From positions 1-24,998 of the IMG/VR virus record IMGVR_UViG_3300032163_000097: a stretch of DNA of 24,998 bases, one strand, 5' to 3'. The position numbers and the translations under genes are program-made. The DNA comes from a virus. Taxonomy: Duplodnaviria; Caudoviricetes. The notes beneath the pieces are model-generated. The model made no database searches, was not told where the DNA came from, and was given only the letters and a program-made list of their open reading frames with translations. This document shows, one piece after another, positions 16,146 to 24,287 of the stretch (the stretch's first letter is position 1; every line of letters begins with the position of its first letter).

Positions 16146-16646
16146 ATGGTTTCCACCGATCCCGTTATCAAGACCCTGAGTCTCCTAAGCTCTAGCTGGA
16201 GTCTCACGGGCAACCTAACGGGCTCCAACCTAAAATTCGGAACATACTGGCTCCGCGGTCCGCCCGACGTGATCCGGGATAACCGCTATTGGGTTGTCGT
16301 AAAGTGCTTCAACCCTAGAAGCACGCTTTTAACGACCGGGGCGCAACCTCTTTACCGCCACGACGAACTCCTGACCGTTGGGGTCTATGTACGGGTTGAC
16401 AGCGATAGAAACGCCACCACCTTGGGGCAGGGGAAGGCGGATATCTACAACATGCAAAAGGAGGTCGAAAGGGTTCTCTTCTCGGGAAGCAGGATCGCAA
16501 CGGGGAGCGCGGATGGTTCGAGCGGCAGGGAAGATTTCTTAATAGTGGGGAATTGGCGCGAAATGGATGAGACGAACTGGCTCCCTATTCTGTACAGGAG
16601 GGAGCTAGAGGTAAATTATTGTTATCACGAGAGTGGTTCAACATGA
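16146..16646 (+). CDS. putative tail terminator/neck protein
   Basis: Position, size and beta-rich pattern (LTVGVYVRV...EVERVL...YRRELEVNY); start reassigned to ATG 16146 after a GAGGGAG RBS. Confidence 0.55.
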   Translation: MVSTDPVIKTLSLLSSSWSLTGNLTGSNLKFGTYWLRGPPDVIRDNRYWVVVKCFNPRSTLLTTGAQPLYRHDELLTVGVYVRVDSDRNATTLGQGKADIYNMQKEVERVLFSGSRIATGSADGSSGREDFLIVGNWREMDETNWLPILYRRELEVNYCYHESGST

Positions 16647-16969
16647 TAGAAACGAAGGAACTCATCGAGGATTTCCTAGAGGAGAACTGGGAGAAAATCA
16701 GAAAGACCTATCCCAACGTGATAAACGTGGGGGTCGGCAACAAACGCATTAATGGGGCGGAGACGGACCAGCCCTGTATAGTTTTCTACGTCTCCCAAAA
16801 AAAGCCTCTAGCTGTGCTTAAACCCGAGCACCAGATTCCAAAGGTATTGGACGAGGTGCGAACAGATGTCGTGGAGTTGAGCGCGAAAGACTATGTAATG
16901 GGCGAGACGGAGCCCAGCAAACTGCCTCATAGGGTTCAAAAGAGGCTAGCGGGAGGGGTCAAGCGGTGA
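16643..16969 (+). CDS. stand-alone protease prodomain-like protein (Nal1 N-terminal-like)
   Basis: PNVINVGVGNK..NG.ETDQPCIVFYVSQKKP...L.PEHQIP..LD.VRTDVVE; ATGA overlap at 16643. Confidence 0.6.
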   Translation: MIETKELIEDFLEENWEKIRKTYPNVINVGVGNKRINGAETDQPCIVFYVSQKKPLAVLKPEHQIPKVLDEVRTDVVELSAKDYVMGETEPSKLPHRVQKRLAGGVKR

Positions 16970-17766
16970 GCGTTGATTTGCGCCCCCTTTGCAGCCCTAT
17001 TCGGAATCAGGGGCAATGCGGAAGTTGCACCGCCTTTGGCACCGTTGGGGCATGGGAGGAAATTCTGCGCAAACTCACTCCCGGGGATGACACGGACCTT
17101 TCGGAGAAACATCTATTTTTTTGTAGTGGCGGAAAATGTAGTGAAGGGAATACTCCAGATGCCGTTCTCAACCAAGCCACGAAAGGTGTCTGCATCGAAA
17201 GTTGTTTACCCTATGGAATAACAAGCTCAGGCATCGACTCGAAATGCGCGAGCGGGATTTGCGACAACTGGTGGGAGAAGGGGAAAAAGTTAGCCTCTTG
17301 GAAATCTGTTAAGGACGTAAATGAGATGAAGAATATTCTCCAGCAGGGGCACGCCCTAGCCACCACGATGGCAGTTCACCAAAGCTTCATGAACTTTTGC
17401 GCGGGGGTTTATCATAGCCTCGGGGCCAGCGATCCCATTGTGGGATACCACATGATCAGTTGTGTTGGTTTTAGCGATGGTCTGGGGGCGTGGTTGATAA
17501 GGAACAGCTGGGGCACAGGCTGGGGCGAATCTGGGTACGTTTGGATAAAATACGGGGATAGCGAAATAGACTCGGAGATGTACCAACTCATCCCCGATGG
17601 CGAAATTCCCCCTCAACCGGGCCCAACGCCCTCGCCGTGTTCGGTTGGAAATGGAGTCGCGGTGATCATGAATTTCTTTCCGTGGATTTTGGGGAGGAAG
17701 GGAAGATTTTATTATATGAATTTCAACAAAGTGAGTAATTGTAAAAAAGGAGGAAAACGAACATGA
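16966..17766 (+). CDS. papain-family (C1A) cysteine peptidase
   Basis: SVDLR...PIRNQGQCGSCTAF (Gln, Cys), GYHMISCVGF (His), WLIRNSWGTGWGESGY (Asn). Confidence 0.92.
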   Translation: MSVDLRPLCSPIRNQGQCGSCTAFGTVGAWEEILRKLTPGDDTDLSEKHLFFCSGGKCSEGNTPDAVLNQATKGVCIESCLPYGITSSGIDSKCASGICDNWWEKGKKLASWKSVKDVNEMKNILQQGHALATTMAVHQSFMNFCAGVYHSLGASDPIVGYHMISCVGFSDGLGAWLIRNSWGTGWGESGYVWIKYGDSEIDSEMYQLIPDGEIPPQPGPTPSPCSVGNGVAVIMNFFPWILGRKGRFYYMNFNKVSNCKKGGKRT

Positions 17767-18218
17767 CCGTGTACGCGGGCTGGCAATTAGCAGTTCTGAT
17801 GGCTACGGGGAGCGCGACGGGAAGTTTCTATAGCCCCTCAACGGGCATAGTTACCCTCGATGGGATTCAATCGCTATCTTACGACTATGTAAACAGGATA
17901 GAGGCAAAAGAGGAGACGGGAAAAAGGACACCCAGCGCCTTCGTTGAAGGTACTACGGGTATAACTGGAACCCTCGAAAGGTTCTGGACTGGAAGCGGCG
18001 TCCAAGCTCTAGGGTTCGATAAAAGCACTACGGGTTCGGCATTACCTAGCCGTTCTCTGATGGTTTGTCCCAACGGCTTCAACGTCTCGGGAAATCCCTA
18101 TCTCGTCATCGCCGATCTGAAGTGGGACTCCCAGAGAGTGACCCATAGACCCGGCTCAAATCTCATGACCGAGAGCCTAGGCTTTATTGCCACCTATGAG
18201 TATAGTGGAAGTTTCTGA
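17763..18218 (+). CDS. tail tube (major tail) protein
   Basis: IQSLSYDY...EETGKRTP...EG..GITGTLERFW pattern; precedes the chaperone and tape measure; no sheath gene seen. Confidence 0.7.
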   Translation: MTVYAGWQLAVLMATGSATGSFYSPSTGIVTLDGIQSLSYDYVNRIEAKEETGKRTPSAFVEGTTGITGTLERFWTGSGVQALGFDKSTTGSALPSRSLMVCPNGFNVSGNPYLVIADLKWDSQRVTHRPGSNLMTESLGFIATYEYSGSF

Positions 18219-18302
18219 TTTATTTAAAAGAGATATTTCGATATGAATTACAATATCTCTGAAAGAGAGATATTATAATTTAAAAACCGAGGAGGTTAAA
18301 AT

Positions 18303-18653
18303 ATGTCTGAGGAAGACAAGAAGAAAGAGCAAGAAGTTATTAAATTAAAAAAAGTCAACGATCTCTGGGTCTGCACGATCAACGGGCAGGAGTACGGTTT
18401 CAGAAAATGGACGTGGGGCGAGAAAAACACCCTCTCGTCCAGATGCATGAGAACCGACCCTATGAGCGGGGTTCCGCAATTTGACTCCGCCGAGTTCAAC
18501 ATGCAACTCCTGCTTTCGACGCTGAAGTTAGCGCCCTTCCAAGTCACTAGGGAGGAGTTGACGCGGCACCCAGATGCCATTCTGGTGGATAAACTTCTCC
18601 AAATAACTCAAAAGCTCAACATTCTTGGGCAGGTTGAAATACAAAATTTATAG
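18303..18653 (+). CDS. tail assembly chaperone (gpG-like)
   Basis: Between tail tube and tape measure; ends on slippery heptamer A AAT TTA. Confidence 0.75.
   Translation: MSEEDKKKEQEVIKLKKVNDLWVCTINGQEYGFRKWTWGEKNTLSSRCMRTDPMSGVPQFDSAEFNMQLLLSTLKLAPFQVTREELTRHPDAILVDKLLQITQKLNILGQVEIQNL
18644..18650 (+). promoter_or_regulatory. -1 programmed ribosomal frameshift site (A AAU UUA)
   Basis: X XXY YYZ heptamer directly before TAG; the -1 frame is open into ORF 18662-18859. Confidence 0.75.
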
Positions 18654-18661
18654 ACCTGACG

Positions 18662-18859
18662 ATGAGCCCCGCTGGGGGGAGTCAAGAACACACCCTTTTC
18701 GAGTTGTGCAAGGAATTCAAATGTTTGCCCAGCCAGATAGAAAAAGAGGAAGCAACGACCATAGAGAGTTTTATTGTAATACTCGATGAGCAGAGGCGGA
18801 AGGAAATAGCCGAGAGAGATAGGATAGAGAGAGAAAATAAGTTAAGGATGATGAGTTAA
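18662..18859 (+). CDS. tail chaperone gpT-like part (probably made as a gpGT fusion)
   Basis: FELCKEFKCLPSQIE pattern; no obvious RBS; in the -1 frame of the upstream gene. Confidence 0.7.
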   Translation: MSPAGGSQEHTLFELCKEFKCLPSQIEKEEATTIESFIVILDEQRRKEIAERDRIERENKLRMMS

Positions 18860-18860
18860 T

Positions 18861-19532
18861 ATGTCTACTGAAGAGGACGTGGAAATCAATGTGACTATGC
18901 GCCCCAGAGGCTTCGAGGAAACCCGAAGGAACGTCCGTGATATAAGCGACGAGGGGGACAGGGCTTCTATGAGCTACAGGGCGCTCTCACGCGACTTCAT
19001 GATGACGGCGAGAAGCATCAACATTATAAATAGGGAGTTTTTGGGAAACAACGCGATAGTCAAGGATATGGTCGGAATACTCTATGGTCTTACCGCCGTA
19101 TTAAGATTGGTCACGGTCGCAGAAAATCTCTTGGGAATGGCGGCTCTGGGAAACGTTGCTAAACATGTAGCAGAAACGGTGGCTATCCAAGGAAAGGCCG
19201 CCGCGTTAGCCATTATGCAAGCTCTTTCTGGTCCGGCGGGTTGGGCAATTCTGGCCGGGGCGGCTGTTATAGGGGCCTCTGCCATAGCCTCTATGAACAA
19301 ACCTATGAAAAGTATGCAACTGGGGGGTATAGCCACCTATACGGGTCCGCATCTCCTCCACGCCGGAGAGGTCGTGACGAATCCCCAATTAGGGCAGTCC
19401 CCGGGGCATACATTCATCAATATAGACATGAAGACGGGTCCGATTTCGAGCCAACTCGATGTCGAGTCGATGATAGAGGATATGAGTTCGAGGATAGCCA
19501 CAGAAACTAGGAGAAGAACGGGGCGAACATAA
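18861..19532 (+). CDS. short tape measure protein (223 aa)
   Basis: Follows the G/GT pair; Ala-rich helices, GPAGWAILAGAAV, and the C-terminal MQLGG...LHAGEVV motif. Confidence 0.75.
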   Translation: MSTEEDVEINVTMRPRGFEETRRNVRDISDEGDRASMSYRALSRDFMMTARSINIINREFLGNNAIVKDMVGILYGLTAVLRLVTVAENLLGMAALGNVAKHVAETVAIQGKAAALAIMQALSGPAGWAILAGAAVIGASAIASMNKPMKSMQLGGIATYTGPHLLHAGEVVTNPQLGQSPGHTFINIDMKTGPISSQLDVESMIEDMSSRIATETRRRTGRT

Positions 19533-21758
19533 ATGTCCGTAAACATCCCTAAAGTGTATTTGGAGATAACGGCGGATGATGGAACGTATGCTCTAACGAG
19601 CGAAGTCAACTCGGTAAAGATCACGAAGCCTGTCACCGCCGCCATAGGGGATTTCCAGATTAGGGTTCCTCACGGCTCGGGCTCGATTTTCACCCGCTAC
19701 CACGATGCCAACGTTTTCAAGAATGTCGATATCTGGTTAGGCACGGGAGTTACGGGAAGCTCCAAGATATTCTCAGGAAAAATAGATAGTTTCAAATCCG
19801 AGTTTGACCCAAAAGCTGGATACTTAATAACCTTCACGGGGCGCGATCTGGGCGAGGCTCTTTTCAGGCATCAAGTCACGAAAGATTATTTTGGCTACAC
19901 CTCGCTCTATCCCTCGCCTCGAAGGGGAACCACATCGGGCGGTTACGATGTCTACTGTCTAGAATCCTACACGGGTTCCGTGACCAATACTGCCACGCTC
20001 GTAACGGTGGGCACCGCCGTGGCTGATAGCCTCTTTCGCGTTAAACCCTACGCGACGATCAATGCCTCCTTCGGCACGAGTCTGCCGGGATTTTTCGGCA
20101 CGGGTTCCGTGACGACCGTGCCCTTCACGGCCACCGGTTCGGATTACGAGGTTCATCTTAAATTTATCAACGCCTCAGCCTTCGCCCATAGCGGGAAAAT
20201 GTATGCTCAACTATACGTAGTTGACGATACGGGTTCGATGACCAACCCAGTCGCCCTCTCCAGTTGGTATGGAGGAACTACCATAGATTTTCCCTCCACC
20301 GAAAATTTTGTTGTCGATGATACGATTAGCATCAACCTTCCATATTTCGCGGTCGAGAATAAGTACATCTACCTTCAAATGGTCTGGAAAGTCACGACCG
20401 CTGGAGCCGACGCCACTGCGGGGCTTAAGGTAGAATATGCCCAAAATAGCTTCTTGAATATCCCCAACGATACGGGTCTCGCGACGAATGTAGTCGTGGA
20501 TATCTTATCCGGTTCGGGAATTAACACGGGCTCAAATTTTCCGTGGAACGATACTCCCATCACCCAATCTTACAACAAAAAGAAGGCGTTCGATGCCATC
20601 AGGGAAATAGATGATATCGTCAATTGGGATTCCATTGTTGACGTGACGGGGTCGTTGCAGGCTTGGACTAGGAGAACCCATACCAACAACGGGCTTCTGC
20701 AAACGGGTTCAAATATCCTCAAATTCTCACATATGAAGGATGTTGATGCCGTCGCCAATAATATAAGAGTCTATGGAGCACAGGAGTCGAAGATTCCATC
20801 GGACGGAGATTATTGGACGGAGTATCTTTCGGGTAGTGAAGAGGGTTGGTCGCTAGTTAGCGGAAGTTTAACTGAAGGGAAAAGCGTGGCGGCTTTACCC
20901 GCTAGAATTGGATCGAAATACTTGAGTGGAAGTACCGATGATGCTGTCTCCAAATGGCTCATCTTCCGGCACGTAATTTCTCCATCCCTCGATCTTAGTA
21001 ACAATGAAACCGCAAAATTACTTTTCTATACAGCGGGGGGTACGATTTGGTCAGATGCCGCCTCGATTCATCAAGTGCGGCTCAAAAGAAGCGGATCAGA
21101 CGAAAAAAATTACTTCTATGCCCAATTGAAAGCTCTCACCGGAGATACGACTTGGACGGAAAACTCTTATGACCTTGGGAATAAGAATGTTACAGGTTCT
21201 GTTCAACCGGGGGACTGGGTTAAAGAAGGAAACATGAACTGGGCAGATGTCAATTACATCGAGTTCTATCTCTGGTATACTGGGGTCACCGCTGGACCGA
21301 CCTTTTATGTCGATGGTCTCTATTTCGGACCCACACGATGGAGCGGGTCCGCTATAAACGCGACCAGCACGGGGTCATATGGTAATAGACCCTATATCGA
21401 GGAGTCTGATTACTTCCACAGTAACGACGAATGCCAATCTCGGGCGGACTACCTTCTCGCTAGGATGAAAGACCCGCCGAACCAGTACCAGATACTGACC
21501 ACGGGAAGTGAGGGCATTAATCCCGGCGATAGGATATACTTGCTTCTGCCCTCCGAGGGAGTGAGTTCCCAGACATATTATGATATCATAGAGCTTACGC
21601 ATACCTTTACGGCTCCTGATGGGTTCGTAACGGAATTGATGTTAAGCGACGCGGAGAAAATCCGCGACGTGACGCTCCTGAAGAGTTACGGGGTTCTGAG
21701 ATCGTACGGAAAAAAGGATGTGGATGACGCATTGAGAGGAAATAGAATTTATTATTAG
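19533..21758 (+). CDS. baseplate hub/Tal-like protein with inserted beta-sandwich domains
   Basis: IFSGKID...ITFTGRDLGEAL at the N-terminus, VANNIRVYG centrally, INPGDRI...IIELTHTF...FVTEL.LS at the C-terminus. Confidence 0.7.
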   Translation: MSVNIPKVYLEITADDGTYALTSEVNSVKITKPVTAAIGDFQIRVPHGSGSIFTRYHDANVFKNVDIWLGTGVTGSSKIFSGKIDSFKSEFDPKAGYLITFTGRDLGEALFRHQVTKDYFGYTSLYPSPRRGTTSGGYDVYCLESYTGSVTNTATLVTVGTAVADSLFRVKPYATINASFGTSLPGFFGTGSVTTVPFTATGSDYEVHLKFINASAFAHSGKMYAQLYVVDDTGSMTNPVALSSWYGGTTIDFPSTENFVVDDTISINLPYFAVENKYIYLQMVWKVTTAGADATAGLKVEYAQNSFLNIPNDTGLATNVVVDILSGSGINTGSNFPWNDTPITQSYNKKKAFDAIREIDDIVNWDSIVDVTGSLQAWTRRTHTNNGLLQTGSNILKFSHMKDVDAVANNIRVYGAQESKIPSDGDYWTEYLSGSEEGWSLVSGSLTEGKSVAALPARIGSKYLSGSTDDAVSKWLIFRHVISPSLDLSNNETAKLLFYTAGGTIWSDAASIHQVRLKRSGSDEKNYFYAQLKALTGDTTWTENSYDLGNKNVTGSVQPGDWVKEGNMNWADVNYIEFYLWYTGVTAGPTFYVDGLYFGPTRWSGSAINATSTGSYGNRPYIEESDYFHSNDECQSRADYLLARMKDPPNQYQILTTGSEGINPGDRIYLLLPSEGVSSQTYYDIIELTHTFTAPDGFVTELMLSDAEKIRDVTLLKSYGVLRSYGKKDVDDALRGNRIYY

Positions 21759-21770
21759 GAGGAGAGATGG

Positions 21771-22139
21771 ATGGGCGCAAGTTTGATTAACGCTTCGGGT
21801 TCTAGTATTCCAAACCTAGTCATAAATGAGATCAAGGAAACTAAAGTCACGAGAAACGTCATCCTCGACGTTCCCGCCGCAGATCGAGACATCGTGCAAT
21901 CTATGGGAAACAAAAACCGGCGCTATGCCATAGACGGTTGGGCAATACAGACTGGCTCGAACAACCTCCCCCTCCAGACGGCTAGGACCGATCTGCAGAA
22001 CCTCGTGGGGAGAACCGGAAGCATTTCATCCGATATTATTTCGCAACTCCAAGTTCTCTTCCTTAATGTTGATATCGACGATAAGGGCGGGAGACCCCTA
22101 GAGTTCAAGTTTAAGATTGACGCGGTTGAAGTGATTTAA
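21771..22139 (+). CDS. distal tail (Dit)/baseplate-like protein
   Basis: LDVPAADRDIVQSMGNKNRRYAIDG...FKFKIDAVE tube-fold-like pattern. Confidence 0.55.
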   Translation: MGASLINASGSSIPNLVINEIKETKVTRNVILDVPAADRDIVQSMGNKNRRYAIDGWAIQTGSNNLPLQTARTDLQNLVGRTGSISSDIISQLQVLFLNVDIDDKGGRPLEFKFKIDAVEVI

Positions 22140-22140
22140 G

Positions 22141-22689
22141 GTGTCCGAAGCCCCCGACCTCACGGTTACAAATGAGTCCTTAACCATCACGGATGAGAGT
22201 TTTTACAGCAACATAACGGTCGATACCAGCGGGAGTTTGTATATTCAAGCCCACGTGAAAGCCAAGAAACTTACCGTTACTGGCTCGGCTTCTCTGGTCG
22301 AAGTCTCCGGTTCGGGATATCTAGAAATCACCGTTTTCGGTACGGGAATTTTTGACGAACTTGGAAACGCTTTCATCAGCGGCTCGATTGTAACAAGGGT
22401 CTTAGAAATTTTCGAGGGAAGGGGGGTTATACGACCTAGAGTTGAAACGAGTGATTATCTCCAATACTTGGGGGCAAAAAATAGAGCGTTCCGCGTTGAA
22501 ATGATCGCCACGGGGAGCGACCTGTCGATACCACGAAATATGATTTTAAGCGTATCTGGAAAAAAGGGATACTTAACGACCGCGGTTATTCCGCTAACAT
22601 ATGTCATCTTTTTGAATCCAGAGGTCGTAATGAGCGGAGATAGACCTATGGAGATAAAGGGGGCTATAACCGCTATAGAATTTAAGTAG
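22141..22689 (+). CDS. paralog of 21771-22139 with an N-terminal beta-repeat extension
   Basis: QYLGAKNR, VIFLN and GDRPMEIK align with QSMGNKNR, VLFLN and GGRPLEFK. Confidence 0.55.
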   Translation: MSEAPDLTVTNESLTITDESFYSNITVDTSGSLYIQAHVKAKKLTVTGSASLVEVSGSGYLEITVFGTGIFDELGNAFISGSIVTRVLEIFEGRGVIRPRVETSDYLQYLGAKNRAFRVEMIATGSDLSIPRNMILSVSGKKGYLTTAVIPLTYVIFLNPEVVMSGDRPMEIKGAITAIEFK

Positions 22690-22703
22690 GTGGTGGATAC
22701 TGT

Positions 22704-24287
22704 ATGAATTTCCTAAAGAAAATAATTAGAAGATGGGTGCTATCTCTCCTATCCGAGGGCATTAAAGTGGGAGAGAATACCGTCTACGTTTACCCTACCT
22801 ACATAGATGTCGGCGGGGGGAGCCTGAGAGCGGTCGGAGATGTCTCAGGCAGTTTAATCCCCACATACACCAACACCTATGATATGGGCTCCACGGATAA
22901 GTATTGGAAAGATGCATTCATCTCCGGTTCAATTCACGGAACACCGGGGGTTACGATCCCGGGGAGTTACCTGACTACCGGTTCGATAGAGGCAGGAAAA
23001 TTAGCGGCGGGAGCGGTTCAGACCGCGAATATAGCTAACCTAGCAATCACCGAAGCTCTCATAGCTGCTGGCGCGATCACTGAAGTGAAAATCAATACTG
23101 GTTCAATTACTGAAGCTAAATTAGCCGCTAACGCGGTCACTGAAACAAAAATTGCCAATGGTTCAATCAGCACCCCTAAGATAGTTGCGGGAGCGATCCA
23201 AGCCGGTCAGATCGCAGCGGGAGCCGTGACCACAGAGAAAATAGATGCCTTAGCCGTAAACGCCGATAAGATCGCGGCTAATGCTGTAACTACAGCTAAG
23301 ATAGATGCGCTGGCTGTAAATGCGGCGAAGATTGCGGCGGGCGCAGTATCCGCCCAGAAGCTTGCTATCGTGGATTGGTATCCCGTTGGGTTGACTTGGA
23401 CGGATAATAGCCCCTCGGCGGGGTACGTGGCTTGGTCCGCCTGTACTATGTATTACAACGGTAATAGCTATTCCGTCGCTGGGGGTAACACGAACCTACA
23501 GTATATTTGGTGGGATTTCACCTATCCCACCGCCTTCCAAACCTCCGCCACGAAGCCGACCCTTACCGGTGAGGATGCTATGGTCGCGGTGAATAGGGCG
23601 GGAACCCACCATCAGATTCTTCAGGCTACGTTGATTGATGGTGGCTCTATACTCACGGCTAGTATTTACGCGGATGAAATAGGGGCAGGGGCAATCACTT
23701 CCGCTAAAATTTCGTCCGATCAGATTTTTGGTAAAGACTTCCGCACCGCGGAAAATGTTGGGGAGGTGAGCGGATCCGCGGGAGTAAGATTTGATTCCAG
23801 TGGCATCAGAGGCTATTTAGGGGGAACAACAAAAACCTTCAAGTTGAGTTCAACAGATGGTGTTATCACCGTATTAGGAAATGGTGTGTTTAAACTTGCT
23901 AAAGCAGACGAAACTTTGATTGGTTGGCTTGATTATTCAAGTTATGATAGTATCGATTCTCTTGCATTAAGAGCCAATGCAGCGCGTTTGGTATTAGATG
24001 CAAATGGTGATCCAATATATATTGACCAAGGTGGAAACATTACTTTCAGTGATAACTTTGTTGCGCTTAGACCAGCCACTGATTTAGGCGTTGATTTAGG
24101 AACACCTTCTGCATCCTTTAGATACTTTGTGCCAACAACAGCTTCCGCTAGTCGTCCTGCCGCGTCGGCGAATGTGCATGGTCTTCTATGGATAAATACG
24201 GCGGCAGGCGCAAAAGACACGGCTTGGATTTGCCTGAAAAACGATGCTGATGGATATGAGTGGGTTCAGGTGGCGATAAGCACGTGA
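22704..24287 (+). CDS. tail fibre protein
   Basis: About 13 tandem 10-aa repeats (A(I/V)TxxK(I/L)AAx); P..T..YD.GS...W fibre motif. Confidence 0.8.
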   Translation: MNFLKKIIRRWVLSLLSEGIKVGENTVYVYPTYIDVGGGSLRAVGDVSGSLIPTYTNTYDMGSTDKYWKDAFISGSIHGTPGVTIPGSYLTTGSIEAGKLAAGAVQTANIANLAITEALIAAGAITEVKINTGSITEAKLAANAVTETKIANGSISTPKIVAGAIQAGQIAAGAVTTEKIDALAVNADKIAANAVTTAKIDALAVNAAKIAAGAVSAQKLAIVDWYPVGLTWTDNSPSAGYVAWSACTMYYNGNSYSVAGGNTNLQYIWWDFTYPTAFQTSATKPTLTGEDAMVAVNRAGTHHQILQATLIDGGSILTASIYADEIGAGAITSAKISSDQIFGKDFRTAENVGEVSGSAGVRFDSSGIRGYLGGTTKTFKLSSTDGVITVLGNGVFKLAKADETLIGWLDYSSYDSIDSLALRANAARLVLDANGDPIYIDQGGNITFSDNFVALRPATDLGVDLGTPSASFRYFVPTTASASRPAASANVHGLLWINTAAGAKDTAWICLKNDADGYEWVQVAIST

